In this document: piece after piece, positions 51,397 through 64,000 of the stretch
Numbering within the stretch: the first letter of the stretch is position 1
Layout: every line of letters starts with the position of its first letter
Assembly (NCBI GenBank): GCA_964276515.1
Contig: OZ193909.1
Span: 20,150,001-20,214,000 of the forward strand
DNA from: Gordius albopunctatus
Taxonomy: Eukaryota
Direction: 5' to 3'
DNA: 64,000 nucleotides
Translations under genes and position numbers: made by a program
The notes under the pieces: model-generated
Database searches by the model: none
What the model was told of the DNA's origin: nothing
Seen by the model: the letters and a program-made list of their open reading frames with translations, nothing else

Positions 51397-53522
51397 ATGG
51401 ACATAGAAGAGTAATATATTAGCAATCATACTATTTATTATACTAAATGTTTATAATTATATAGTAGGTTTGTTTTGGGTTGCATAAATGAATTAAATAA
51501 TTCAAGATTTATATTAAATAATACACCCAAATTTATGGTAAAAAGGATTTGGCCTTTACTGTATGAAAGCTATGAAGGAAAAGACTTAATACATGATGTT
51601 CAGTTTACGGTATGCCATCTAAATTTTGTTATATTTGGTTTAAGATTAAAGAAGATGATATTATAAAAGGTGTTCACACAGCTAACAGATTTTATTTATC
51701 AAAATTTAGTTCAGTATTTAGAACAATGTTCACTTGCCATGTGCGGAAGGCTTTATTACCTGCAGAAAATCTGTTAAATATTGACATTGTTGATATCAAA
51801 TCTGATGTATTTTCCATTTTCTTAAAGTATTAATTTATTCTTAAATATTCACTTTTGTCAAAAGGTGCATATATAACCCTTTTAAAGTTCTTTCACTACC
51901 AGCCAGCACTCTAAATGATGCAGAATTTTTATTGAACCTTCTCAATGTGGTTAAAAAGTATATGTGCGATGAAATTAGGGAAATTTTAATATATAAAATG
52001 CATACTGAAATAACTGTCAAAAATGCTTATTTCTATTATACCCAGAGACATATTTTTCCAGAAATAAGTGGATGTTGGATGAAAAGAAAAAAAGTTTTTA
52101 AACTTATTAAAATTTTACTAATGAAATGTTTATATTAAAATTTTCATATTACCCAGAGACCTATAATAAGTTTAAGAATTCGTAGGATGATGGTAAGGAA
52201 AAAAGTTTTTAAACTTATTAAAATTTTATTAATGAAATGTTTATATTAAAATTTTCATATTACCCAGAGACCTATAATAAGTGAAAGAAATCGTAGAATG
52301 ATGGTAAGAAAAAAAGATTTTAATTAATGAAGTGTTTATATAAAATTTTCATATTACCCAGAGACGGAATTTTCCAGAAATAGGTGAAAGAAATTGTTTG
52401 AGTGTAAGAAAAAAAGTTTTTAAACTTATTAAATTTTTATTGATGAAGTGTTTATATTAAATATTTCATATTACCCAGACATCTTTTTTTCCAGGAATAA
52501 GTGAAATAAATTGCTGGATGGTAAGAAAAAAAGTTTTAAAAATTATTAAATTTTTATTAATGAAGTGTTTATATTAAAAATTTCATATGTGCCTTTTTGG
52601 TTTTGCTAATTTAAAAAGTGTTAATCTTGTGTTTGCTAGTTTTATTTAATTAAATCATTTTGTTTATATATATACAATATTATTTTAAATAGAGCCACAA
52701 TTATAAATAGTAAGATAAATATTTTATTGCTCACATCCAAAGGTTCTAATTCGTGAAGCTTATAAATTTATACAAGAAGAAACATTTCTAGAAATGTCCG
52801 CTGAAGATGTTCTCAAATACTTCAAGAACATTAATATCAAGGCTTCAGAACTGGATTTATTAAGAGCAATAATTAAATGGGCTCACAACAAGATTGAAGA
52901 TAAGAGCTCAGATGATCAACTTCTACAAGTTAAACAAATTATTGGAGTGGATATAATAAAAGCAATAAAATACCCTAAAAAACAAGTGCAGGAATTCTTT
53001 GACTTAATAAATGAATATGAACTTCCTTATGAAGAACTTAAAAAGAAAGAAACATTAAATAAATTACCAGTAGAAGAATTGAATTTCTCTTTCAAAGATC
53101 CTGATTCTGAGAGTATTCAGATTTTTGCCGTATATAAAAAGCTTAGAAATAAAAAAACCATCTACAGTGATTGTGTTCGGTTTTCAGTTAGAGGCAGTCA
53201 TATAATCAAAGGCTTTTTGTTTGCCACAAAATATATTTCACCTATGTTATATGTTCGAGTATCCATAAATGATGATATAATTTTAGAAGAGTCAAATCCA
53301 CTTTCATCCATAGAAAAACCTTGGGATAAACCTTGTGCCATATATCGTTTTGCGAATCCCATTAACGTATATTCAGATAGCGAATTTTCCATATATATTA
53401 TGACTTCTCTTATTTTAAATTACAAGGTCAGAGCATTCAAAAAACAGGAATCTTTGAAAGATTCTATATCGCCTATGTGGGATAAAAGGACTCATGCTAT
53501 ATGGGGTCTCCTGACCACCTGA
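51397..53522 (+). CDS. BTB-BACK(-PHR-like) protein, spliced; integrity uncertain
   Basis: HDVQFT|IKED..HTANRFYLSKFSSVFRTMF...DIKSDVFSIFLK|CIY (BTB), KKYMCDEI, FLEMSAEDV..SELDLLRAIIKWA (BACK); 35- and 38-nt introns; one donor site lost at ~52082. Confidence 0.65.
52030..52590 (+). repeat. ~95-117-bp tandem repeat, about 5 copies, spanning an exon/intron junction of the BTB gene
   Basis: Recurring tattacccagagac ... ggatg(gt)aagaaaaaaagtttttaaacttattaaa. Confidence 0.85.
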
Positions 53523-53759
53523 CGTCCATCAATTTTTGATTTTGTGACATTAATTAAAAATGATATAGATTATATATATTGTCCCATTACAATCAAATTG
53601 TATTACGTTTTTATGTATAGTATATTAATATATCAACCCAAACCAGAGGCTTTATATTTTTTAATTAAAATTTACAATAAATAAAAATATAAAATTTTAT
53701 GAACATCAAGCGTCATGTGTTTGATACAGATTTATAAATATATATCGCTATTAAAACGC

Positions 53760-54113
53760 CGATTTTTGACGCAAAATAAAGCTGGGGAGTATTTGGCATT
53801 GGGGCATCTCTTATGGATTAAAAAAACGTCAAAGCTTTCTTGCTAAAAGTATGGGGATAAAAATCTTAGAATGAGCAATATCCGATAATAAAGTGTTTTA
53901 CGATCTTTGGCAGAAGATAAGGGGTTTTAAATTGTTATTAGATGGCTCAACATCAATGCAGGTAAAGTCGCAAGCTAGTAACTTACCATCCTCCCATGGG
54001 ATTAAAGAAGCTCCGTCGGGACGCACCCTTGCCTTTAAAGAAGGATCAGATGATTTTATATTGGAATTTAGAGGTCTGCATGGGCCGGGCCTAAACATAT
54101 ATAACCGTCTCAC
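53760..54113 (-). mobile_element. CRE-type RLE endonuclease fragment
   Basis: DPSLKARVRPDGASLIPWEDGKLLACDFTCID parallels ORF 26742-27515. Confidence 0.75.
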
Positions 54114-54279
54114 TACATTATATTAATAACTGGATTTTAACAAAAAGGGTATTATTTACATGTAAATTTAATGAGTAAAAAAAACTCACTCTAATATACA
54201 CCAAGAATTAGTTTCAAATTTTACCAAGCTAGGGTACTCGAGTGAATTTTTTACAAGATTAACCGATCAAGGAGCAAAC

Positions 54280-56682
54280 ATATCGTATATATGTATATAA
54301 ATATATATAATTGTTGTAGACTGAAAGAGTTAATAAAATGAGAACCAAAGTTTTGTACAGATGATTAAAGCTGGGTTAATGTATCTTACATTTTAAAAAG
54401 CTAATTTAATGGGATACCAAAATTTTTATAGATTATATAACCACATATTTAGCTAGGTTTATATTTTATTATATCTTTCTAAATAAATCATGTATACAAT
54501 ATTTATTAAAATTCAATGAACAATATGTATTATATATAAATAAAAAGTAATATTTAAATAAACATTTATTTCTCCGTACTTCATGTACGAAGATGATTTC
54601 TGTAATGATCTTGCAAATTTTTTATGCAAGTTTCCTTTTGTATTTCTATATTCGATTTAAGATTGATCATTTTCCCTTGATTTATCTTTTTGATGTTTTA
54701 GTCACTTTCTTGTTGTATTGTTTTAATGTGATCTATGAACTCATAGATGTTAGGGTGGGATTGTTTTATCATATGTTTTAATTTGTTGTGGAATCCTTCT
54801 ATGTGATTATTAGTTCTTGGCAGACAATTTTCTTCATATCTTCTCCAAATTTTGTATTTAAATTGCGCATCTTCTGGTATCTTTATAAAAAATTTCTGTC
54901 TATAAAGGTACCCAAGGTACATCATAGAATCATATCCCATTTGAGACTTTACCACAGCATTTAAATTTTTTAGAACCAATAAGTATATCAAATACAACAT
55001 TTTACCATCTATGGTGTCAGTGCCTGTTATATCCATTAAGATGGGTGCAACTTCAATATCACTACAATAATTTTTTGAGCTGGAACCTGAATGATTCATT
55101 TATAACATTTTGTAAAAATAGATACTCTGCTGCTCATTGGGGTTTTCTTGATGATGATCAACTGCTATAATATGACTACAATCATTTTTTGGGCTGGAAC
55201 CTGAATGATTAATAAAATATATTGATTTACAAAGGTTACTTGTGGAAGGCAATGCTGAACATACATCACAAGTGTGCTCTTTAGTTATATCAAAATTCTC
55301 TTGTCGAATAATCCCTTTCCCATTACATTTAGTTTTTCGGCACCTATAATATATTTGTTGGTTTTTCCCTATCTTTGATTTGGTATAGGAGTATAGGCCA
55401 TAAGTCAACACCTGACCATTTCTTGCTGACTTCGTAAATTCTAAAAAATATGTACAGCCTATATAATTACACTTACTTAATTTATCTTTCGCTAGAAAAT
55501 TTCTAAATTCTTGCACAAATGCCATGTTAAAATAAGCTTAAACGATAGTAAAAACAAGTAATCGATAAAATAAGAACCGAATTTTGTGCTGCTTTTTGTG
55601 ACGATTGTGCTGCCTCTACCATGATCCAAACAGAATTTTAAAAATACATCCTATGGTTGTGTAGCTAGATTTTTTTCGTTGACAGGTACAAACTTTAATT
55701 TCACTCAATTGGGGAGAATTTACTGACGATTGAATTCTAGATGATTTTTTAAAAATTTTTTGATGTAAAATTAGAAAAAAAAATTGTGTTTTGCCCCCAC
55801 TTAAATGCTATAAATTTTTTTCGCTCCCCCTAGTTTCATTTGCACCCCCCTCCTTCTTCTTTATCGTGTTGAAAATCCCACAGACGTGGGGTACGTTTTC
55901 AGCAGCCTCTTCCATCTGAGTCGTGTGAATGCCATGCCAATTTCCATCTGTTTGACATCCATATCCTTTTCGACCAGTCGTTTCCGGGTGGCACGTGGTC
56001 TGCCCCTTCCTCTTCTTCCAGGCACGTCCATCTCCAGCGTTCGGCGTGTGACATCGTCTTCGTCTCTTCGTAATACATGGCCGTACCACCGCAGTCGATT
56101 TTCTCTTCAGAAGTTCTTCGTCGCTTGTATACCCATCTTTGTCATCAAGGATTCGTTCGTCATGCGATCCAGCTTGGTGTAGCCTAAGCTCCATCGCACC
56201 ATTCTCATTTCTGTGACTTGCAAGAGTTTCTCCTCCGCGGTGGTTACAGCCCATGTTTCGCTCCCGTAAAGCAAGACCGGTCGCACGATGGTTTTGTACG
56301 CCTTGCTTTTCAACCAAATTGGTATCTTTTTGTCACACATGACACCGGAGATGCTGCGCCACTTGAGCCATGCTTTCTTGATCCGAGAATGGACTTCGGC
56401 GGTACATCCTCCCTCTTGATGTAATAGCGAGCCAAGATATGTGAACTTATCAACCTCCGTGTACCTTGGACCGTCAATTTTGTGCATTTGCGGACTACCG
56501 CCCATCGTTTGCATGTAAACCGTTTTCTTCTCGCTGACCTTTAACCCGAATTCCGAGAAACGTTCTGACCATTTTTTCGCCTGATGAAAAACCCCTTCTC
56601 TTGTTTCATCGCATAGGACAATATCGTCGGCATATAGCATAGTCCAAGGGGGTGGCTTGTGCAAGTCCTTTGTTATTGTATC
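54280..56682 (-). repeat. Inverted 2.4-kb duplicate of 15144-17545 (RTE 3' part, its TSD and flank, and the MULE remnant)
   Basis: Near-identical ORFs (16299 vs 55100, 16725 vs 54698, 15311 vs 56107) and colinear non-coding sequence. Confidence 0.97.
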
Positions 56683-59600
56683 TATAGCGTATCTCGTTTA
56701 TTAAGGAACATAAAAGAAACAAGTGACGATTGTAATCATAATAACACGTTTAAATAGCCATTCGATTTACAACCAATTAACAATCAATTAACATTGCGTT
56801 TCAATTCGAACGCTCGAGGTCATGGCAATTAGGTAGATAGTATTTGCATACATTACATTACTCCCCCTTTTAAAGTTGCCCTCCATCGTATCGATCAGGT
56901 GGTTTGGATACCCTTTTGTGTTCTAGAATGTTTCGCTCGGACACCGCACCTTGGGCAATCGTTTTTCTTTCCCGTAACTGATCTCCGTGTTTCCTTCTTG
57001 TATTTCCGTCTATATTAACGTCATACGTAGTCGAACTTGTTCGGGCTTCTACAAGTCCTTCCCTCCATCCCGGACTTGTGTCATTATGTACCCACACCTG
57101 CTGCTCGGGTTCAAAGAATCTTTCTTGGGTCCATCGGTTTTTATAGTACTTTCGTTTCCAGATTGATTCTTCAACCTTGTCGCGAGTCGTTCTTCTGAGC
57201 TGGTCTAGCGTCGTACGAATCCTTCGATTGAACATCGCCTCAGCCGGGCTAATACCTGTAGTCACGTTTTGACTACTACGCATGCTCATTAATACTTTTA
57301 GTAAGTTTAACGAGTCATTTACCCCGACTTTTTATTCGCATAGAACCTACTTTTAATAGTTCTAATATATCTCTCGGCTAAACCATTAGTTTTGGGGTGG
57401 TAAGGCGGTCCCGTAAATTGAACTATGCCATTGTTTTTACAAAAAAATTTTAATTCCGTAGATTTAAATTGTGGGCCATTGTCACTGACAATATATCTAG
57501 GTAACCCAAAACGTGCAAAAATTGTCCTTAAATTTTGGATAATTTTTGTTGAGTTTATCTCGCCTAGCACCATTACTTCGGGCCATTTTGTAAAAGCATC
57601 AATGCAAACTAACCAATACTTCTTATTGATGGGTCCCGCTAAGTCTATGTGAACCCGTTCCCAAGGCTTGTTAGGGATGTTCCAAGCGTATAGGGGTACC
57701 TCTTTAATGTTTGGTCGTTCTTCTTGGCAATGTTTACAGGTATTAACGTATTTTTCTATGTCTACGTCAATATTATTCCAGTAAACATAGTATCTCCCTA
57801 ATGACTTCATAGCCACGATTCCCGGATGACCATCATGTAGAATTTTAAGAATATCTGGCCTTAATTTTTCCGGAATTATAAGTCGATCTTTATAAAATAA
57901 AAGATTATTTTCGAAAGAAATGTAATTTCTTAATTGCAGGTATTTTCGTACGTTATCGTTATTTGAAGAGCCTTGCCATCTATTTTTAAATTGCTCTATA
58001 ACTTCTTTTAGTACATTATCTTTTATTGTTTCCTCTACAATATTTTTTGTATTCAAAGTCAAATCATCGATTAATTGTAATTTAATTCTTCGTATGTCAT
58101 TATCTATGTTTAAATTATGAGGTGAGTCCTTTGGGCATAACCGAGAAAGTGCATCAGCACACTGATTAGATTTCCCTGGGATGTATTTTATATCATAATC
58201 ATATTGAAGTAATTTAATTGCCCATCTTAGTAACCTATTATTGGTTATTTTACTAAGATCCCGGGTTGTCCCAAAAATATTTATAAGAGGGTGGTGATCT
58301 GTCTGAATTGTGAATTTACGACCATAAATATACTGATGGAATTTATTTATCGCATAAATTACTGCCGATGCCTCTCTGTCGATGACGGAGTAATTTTTCT
58401 CGGCGGAATTTAGGGAACGAGAGGCGTAGGCAATAGGATTTTCTTGGCCAGAGGAAAACTTATGCGCTATAACTGCTCCTAAACCTAAATCTGACGCGTC
58501 GATTGAAATTATGATACGCAATTCTTTTTGATAAGGCACTATAGTATTTCTGTTTGAGATTGTAGTTTTAAATTTTTCAAAAGTTAATTATTCTAAGTCG
58601 CCCCATACCCATTTTGTATTTATGTAAGTTAATTTTTATAAAGGAGCGCAATTTATCTGAAGGTTGGGGATAAAAGTTTCTAAATTGTTTACCAACCCAA
58701 GGAAAGAACGAAATTCCTTTTTGTTTTCGGGTGTTTTAAAACTTTTAATCTTTAGAATCTTATCCTCACTCGCTGTTATGCCTTCACTATTAATTATATG
58801 TCCTAAGTATTTGACAGACTTTTTAAATAGTTGCATTTTTGTTTGAGATGTTGTTAACCCAACCGTTTGAAAGAGATTTAATACGGTTATGAATTTGTTT
58901 AAGTGATCCTTTTCGTTTTTACCGCTAATTATAACATCGTCCATAAAGACGCTCACCCCGGGTATGTTATTAATCAATTGTCTCATAAACCTATGAAAGA
59001 TAATCGGCGCTGTTGTAAGCCCAAACGGTAATCTCTTAAAACGAAAATATCCTATATGCGTTGATATGTTTAAATATTTCCTTGATTTCTCATCAAGTTC
59101 AAGTTGCAAAAAGGCATCTTTGAGGTCAATGATAGAAAAAATTTTACCTCCGGCTATTCTTTCAGCCACGTCGCTGAAAGTTGGTAAAATATCCTGATCT
59201 TTAGCCAAGTATTGATTTATGGTTAAACGAAAATCACCACATATACGCACCTGCCCTGTTTTCTTCTTAACATTTACAGTTGGCGTAGCCCATTTAATTG
59301 GCGTTTAAGTAGGATTAATTTTTTCAATGTCTTCGTTGAGTAGCCGTTGGAGTTCATCTTCTACAGCTTGTCGTAGTGGAAACGGTACTCTTCTCGCTGC
59401 AAACATTTTTGGTATCGCGTTATCATTGATTTCGAGTGTCACTTTGAAATCTTTTACTTTTCCTAATTTTTCGGAAAATACGTGGGGAAACTGTTTAATA
59501 ATTGCTTGTACATTTGAAGGTATTTCAATGATAGAGTTTAGGCAAACCGACTTTGGTAGACTTAAGTTAAATTTTGAGATAAATAGCATACCAAATATTG

Positions 59601-60174
59601 CTGAACCTTTACCTTTGATGACATAAATATCTAAGTACTTTGTCACACCACCAACGTCCACCTTCACTTTGGTTTTACCAAGTGTTGCAATAGCCGTTCT
59701 ACCATAGCCGTATATCTTCGGAGCTTGGTAAAGTTTAGGCTTCCCGATTCGAGACCACGTTATTTCATCAATTACGCTACATGCCGCACCCGTGTCGAAG
59801 ATCATTTCATAGGGGACATCGTTAATGCGTACGTTGATGTGGGCTTTGGTGTGATGATTGGAGTCGTGGTTGATGGCTGATAACGTATTCGTCACCGTTT
59901 TACAATATTTTGCTATATGGTTTGGTTTCCCACACCGATAACATTTATGGGGTGGCTTTTTCCTAAATGTGCTAAATTTAGGAAAATGTATATCTTTATT
60001 GTTGAAGTTATTAAACGACTGCTTAACCTTGTTTACTTCAACAGCCCCCGATGTTTCGTGTTCTACCGAATCTAACGCCAATGCTAGATTAACTGTTTCT
60101 TCGAAATTTATGTTACCTCTTGGATACTCGGGTCTTAACTCAATGTTAAGCCTTGGTAAGTTACATCCTAGGAC

Positions 60175-60377
60175 TAGAGTTGTTAAATTGCTAACTTTCT
60201 TAAACTCCAGCTACCATCTGCTCGAGTTTCTGCTCGGTGCTCGAGCATTTTTTTATGCTACTGCTCTGCCTAGTGCACCAAACAGCGAGCACATGTTGTG
60301 CTAACGCGCACATTAAGCAACTCAATGTGCGTGCTCGCGTCTGAAGTTTAAAGAAAGTTAGCAATTTAACAACTCTA
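60175..60377 (+). mobile_element. 203-bp hAT MITE inserted in Gypsy gag
   Basis: TIRs TAGAGTTGTTAAATTGCTAACTTTC; perfect 8-bp TSD CCTAGGAC (60167-60174, 60378-60385). Confidence 0.95.
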
Positions 60378-60866
60378 CCTAGGACAAATATGTCCTTTAA
60401 TACCTCGTCTAGATTATTTCCAAATTTACAGTTTTTCCAAAGAAATTTCAACCGAATAGTAAATTCAATAATAGTTTCGTTATTTCTACTTGCCTTATAA
60501 AATTGTTCTCTATGGTGGTAAATAGAAAACTTATTGGCGAATATACTCCTAAGGGCTTTAATTATCTCATCGTAATTAGTTTCGTCTACTAATTTTGGAT
60601 ATAAAAAACCTACGTAAGTGAGTAACAAAGTTTTTCGCCTTTCTCCCGTGATATCTCTCAACTTGAATAAGAGCTCAATATTAAATAAATAGTCATCAAT
60701 CGAATTACTTGGATTATACAGAATTGAATCCTTTAATTCTTTTGAGTAATCGCAAGAAAAATTCGTCTCCGGTTTGATGTCCATCTGAAAATAATATGGA
60801 TAATAATTTATTTAAGTTGAACGAGGTAGGGAGCGTCTTCTACATGAGTTTAAGGTCCAAGGGTTT

Positions 60867-60884
60867 ATCCCATCCTCGTCGCCA
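60867..60884 (-). promoter_or_regulatory. Gypsy primer-binding site complementary to the tRNA-Ser(GCU) 3' end
   Basis: TGGCGACGAGGATGGGAT lies 1 nt inside the 5' LTR; its complement ATCCCATCCTCGTCGCCA matches the metazoan tRNA-Ser(GCT) 3' end as recalled. Confidence 0.75.
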
Positions 60885-61339
60885 TTATAACGTATATGGT
60901 TTATTAGGTAACATAAAAGAAACAAGTGACTATTGTAATCATAATAACACGTTTAAATAGCCATTCGATTTACAACCAATTAACAATCAATTAACATTGC
61001 GTTTCAATTCGAACGCTCGAGGTCATGCCAATTAGGTAGATAGTATTTGCATACATTACAAGTATCTACAGAAAATCTGACTGAAAATAAAAAATTACAA
61101 GAGAATAAATTCTATATGAATTAAGGCGTATATATACATCATTTAAGGTGAGATTAATATGCATAATGTATAAATATTTTCATATATTCAAATTGATATA
61201 ATGTATTTTCATTATGTAATTACGTGGGTGAATAATAACTTACGTAAATTTGTGTATTCAAATTCTAACGATTTGAGAGGCGCCATATATTCAAATTGAG
61301 ATAAAGTATTTACATTGTGTAATTACGCGGGTGAATAAT

Positions 61340-62900
61340 AATTCACGTAAATTATGTGTTGGAATGCCTTTTTTTATTATTCCCAGAGAAATTTTTATTC
61401 AGAAATAGATGAAGAAATATGTTGGATGGTAAGTATAAAAAGCTCTGTAAATCTTATATATAAAAATGAAATTATGTGTGTATATATGCCGCCACCAATT
61501 TTAGAAAACTACGAGATCGATTTGGCTCGAAATTTTATAGTTTATTCCTGACATTCCGGAGCATGTTTTAAGATTTATTCGGGCCAAATCGGTGCAGTAG
61601 TTTTCGAGTATTCGTACGCGTTGCACTGTATACGGAAATAGAACAATAGAAGTAGAACATATAGACATCAAACTTTATTTTTACTTCAATAACCGCTTTC
61701 TTTACCATCACATATGCCCTAAAATTCCAACATAATTTAATACACCCGAATAAATGGCAAAACAAGCCGGGTTCATCTAGTTAAAGATAAAAATAACATC
61801 AAATATATTTATTAATAATGTGCCTATAGATATATTCTATTTCCTGATTTTGAAAATTTTATGATTGTTGGGCTTTTGATTTAAAGTTAAAGCAGTCACC
61901 CTAAAAGCATATAAAGTCTTTCTCATTTTATTCCTTTGAGTTTTGATATGCCCCCCCCCCCAGCTACACCCATGTTTACATCTAATAATTCAGCTCTCTT
62001 AACTTTTTGTAGCTTTTTAATAAAATATCATAAGATATGGCATAAATTTTTTATATAAATTAGATGAGCCATAACAGTTATTTTTATTAATTTTTTTAAC
62101 TTCAAAGGTTCTAACTAGTGACACTTATAGTTTTGTCCATGGAAAAGTATTTCTAGACATGCCAGCTGAAGATTTAATTAAATATTAAAAGAACATTAAT
62201 ATCAATGCTTCAGAACTGGATTTATTAAAAGCGATTATCAAATGGGCCCAAAACAAGATTGAAGATAATAGTTCAGATGATCAACATCAACAAGTTAAGC
62301 AAACTCTTGGTGTGGATATGGTAAACACAATAAGATACCCCAAAGAATATGATAGCAAATTCTTTTATCTAATAGAAAGCTATGACCTTCCTTATAAAGA
62401 AGCTAAAAAGATGGATACCCTAGTACATAAAGGTTCCATGCTAGATTATTTGATTGAATCTTTGCATATTGCTGATCCTAAATCTGAAAGAACTTTGATG
62501 TTTGCTATATATGAATGGATATATAATAAAATTATTATCCAATGCGATTGTGTCCAGTTTGTAGCTCATTGTGAATGTACGATTAAAGGCTTTTTGTTTG
62601 CCACTACATATGTTTCAGCTAAGTTGAATGTTTAAGTATTTCTCAAAAATAATAAAATCATAGATGAGACGGGTGCAATTTCATCTATAGAAAAACCTCA
62701 GGATAAAGCTTATGCAATATATCGTTTTGCAAATCCTTTTAAGATAGATTCAACTACGGAATTTTCAAAACAGATTAAAACTTCTCTTATTTTATATCAC
62801 AAGGTCAAAGCATTTAAACGATATGACTTGCTATCTGGGATAAAAAGAATCATGCAATATGGGGTCTTGTGACAACATCCTTTTCCCCTGTCAACTAACA
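61340..62900 (+). pseudogene. Truncated paralog of the BTB-BACK gene at 51397-53522
   Basis: NAFFYYSQRN..ICWM|gtaag exon and FLDMPAED..*KNININASELDLLKAIIKWA..TIKGFLFATTY; in-frame stops; BTB exons not seen. Confidence 0.8.
61452..61780 (+). mobile_element. Short non-autonomous Helitron in the BTB pseudogene intron
   Basis: A|TCTTATATATAAAAATG 5' end and ...gccgggttcatCTAG|T 3' end. Confidence 0.65.
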
Positions 62901-63109
62901 GTTTTTAATATAATAATTTTTAAAATTTTTATTGGTTTATATTATCAACATAATGTATCTTTTGTCAATGAATATAAATTTTTTGGACAAAAAAATGTCA
63001 ATTTAAACCAGAGACATTATATTAACTTAGCTTAAGCTTATTCAGGTGCCTAGCCAAGGGGAGGGGGAAGCGGAACAATTCGCTCAATTAATATATAGTT
63101 GTTTAAAAG

Positions 63110-64000
63110 TAGAGCTGTTAAGAGTTCCTTTTAAAAGGCAACTTGTCAAGTTCCAGTTCCTTTCCCTAAAATAGAACTAGTTCCTCGTTTTAAAAAGGAA
63201 CTAGTTCCAGTTCCTTTTGAACTTCCTTTTTTATTTTTTTTTATCTTTTATTAATTCATAAAATCAATATATTATATATTAAAATTTATAAAAATCATCA
63301 GGTAATAAATGTTTATTTGATTTTAACAAAATATTATTTTCAAAGTTGTCATTTAAATAAAATTTTGCCCAAGCTAAATAATCTTTCCACATGGGCACTT
63401 GATGGTAATGGCGTATTATATTTAATAAATAGTTTTTTTTAAATGGGGAAAACTGTCTAAAAGACTTAAATTCCGGTTATTAGAAAGCAAAGCAAAAAAC
63501 GTTCAATTGATTCATTCTTTTCATTATTTTTTAATTCAAAAGATCCATTTCTGATAAACTAGGTCCTGCCTGTTGAGATTTAGGAACAAACAAATTGATA
63601 TCCTCTAAAATTAAACTTAAATTATTGATCTTGAGGTGACGCCAAATATTTGCGGTAGAAGATATAGAAGTTGATATATGTTTTATTTTTGGAGAGCATA
63701 ATTTGCATCCAAGAGTTATTGATTTTGCATCCTTTTGAATAACCGTAAAAATATTCTCAAATAAAGGCCAGGGTACATTTTCAGGTTTAATTATGGTAAT
63801 GTCAACTCTCACTCATACCTAATATCAAAAGATTATTTATTTAACATTTATAAACTTACTATTACTAGGAATATGATAAAAACTAAAAACCAATTAAAGG
63901 AAATGAACTTTATATAAATTACCATAAGTCGAAAAATTTATTTAACAAACGCTACCGTGAATAAAATACTAAATAATATTTAAATTATAAATTAATTAAA
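63110..64000 (-). mobile_element. hAT element end with a BED zinc-finger remnant; runs off the window
   Basis: TAGAGCTGTTAAG terminus with gttcc subterminal repeats; ORF 63531-63812 CKLCSPK...STANIWRHLK. Confidence 0.65.

Larger units (their letters stand above)
56683..61060 (-). mobile_element. Gypsy/Ty3 LTR retrotransposon, full structure, with frameshifts
   Basis: 175-bp LTRs (56683-56857, 60886-61060); PPT at 56858-56872; PBS; gag with CYRCGKPNHIAKYC knuckle, protease FDTGA, RT FMDD, RNase H DAS/TDH, integrase HHCC plus D..SDNG..E. Confidence 0.95.

Overview
AT-rich eukaryotic (invertebrate metazoan-like) genomic DNA with very short GT-AG introns (35-53 nt). Three apparently intact spliced host genes were reconstructed by hand: a secreted single-DM13-domain protein (-), a PRPP synthetase-associated protein (PRPSAP, +, with a ~145-aa loop insertion) and CIAO3/NARFL (+). 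There are also two BTB-BACK paralogs (one questionable, one a pseudogene) and an orphan PRXamide/neuromedin-U-type GPCR fragment. The rest is nested transposable elements: RTE and CRE-type LINEs, Gypsy LTR elements, a Penelope remnant, hAT elements and MITEs with 8-bp TSDs, a PIF/Harbinger element, a MULE/FLYWCH remnant, Helitrons and Helentron-like elements. Highlights: (1) a near-full-length RTE whose 5' end is a twister ribozyme core with compensatory base changes, starting at the predicted cleavage site; (2) a 6.26-kb TSD-bounded hAT element carrying a CRE retroelement whose RT core is replaced by intron-containing GPCR exons (Pack-hAT-like gene capture); (3) a 2.4-kb inverted duplication ending exactly at a Gypsy LTR. 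All calls are by-eye pattern recognition; no database search or folding computation was run, and some element boundaries are approximate.
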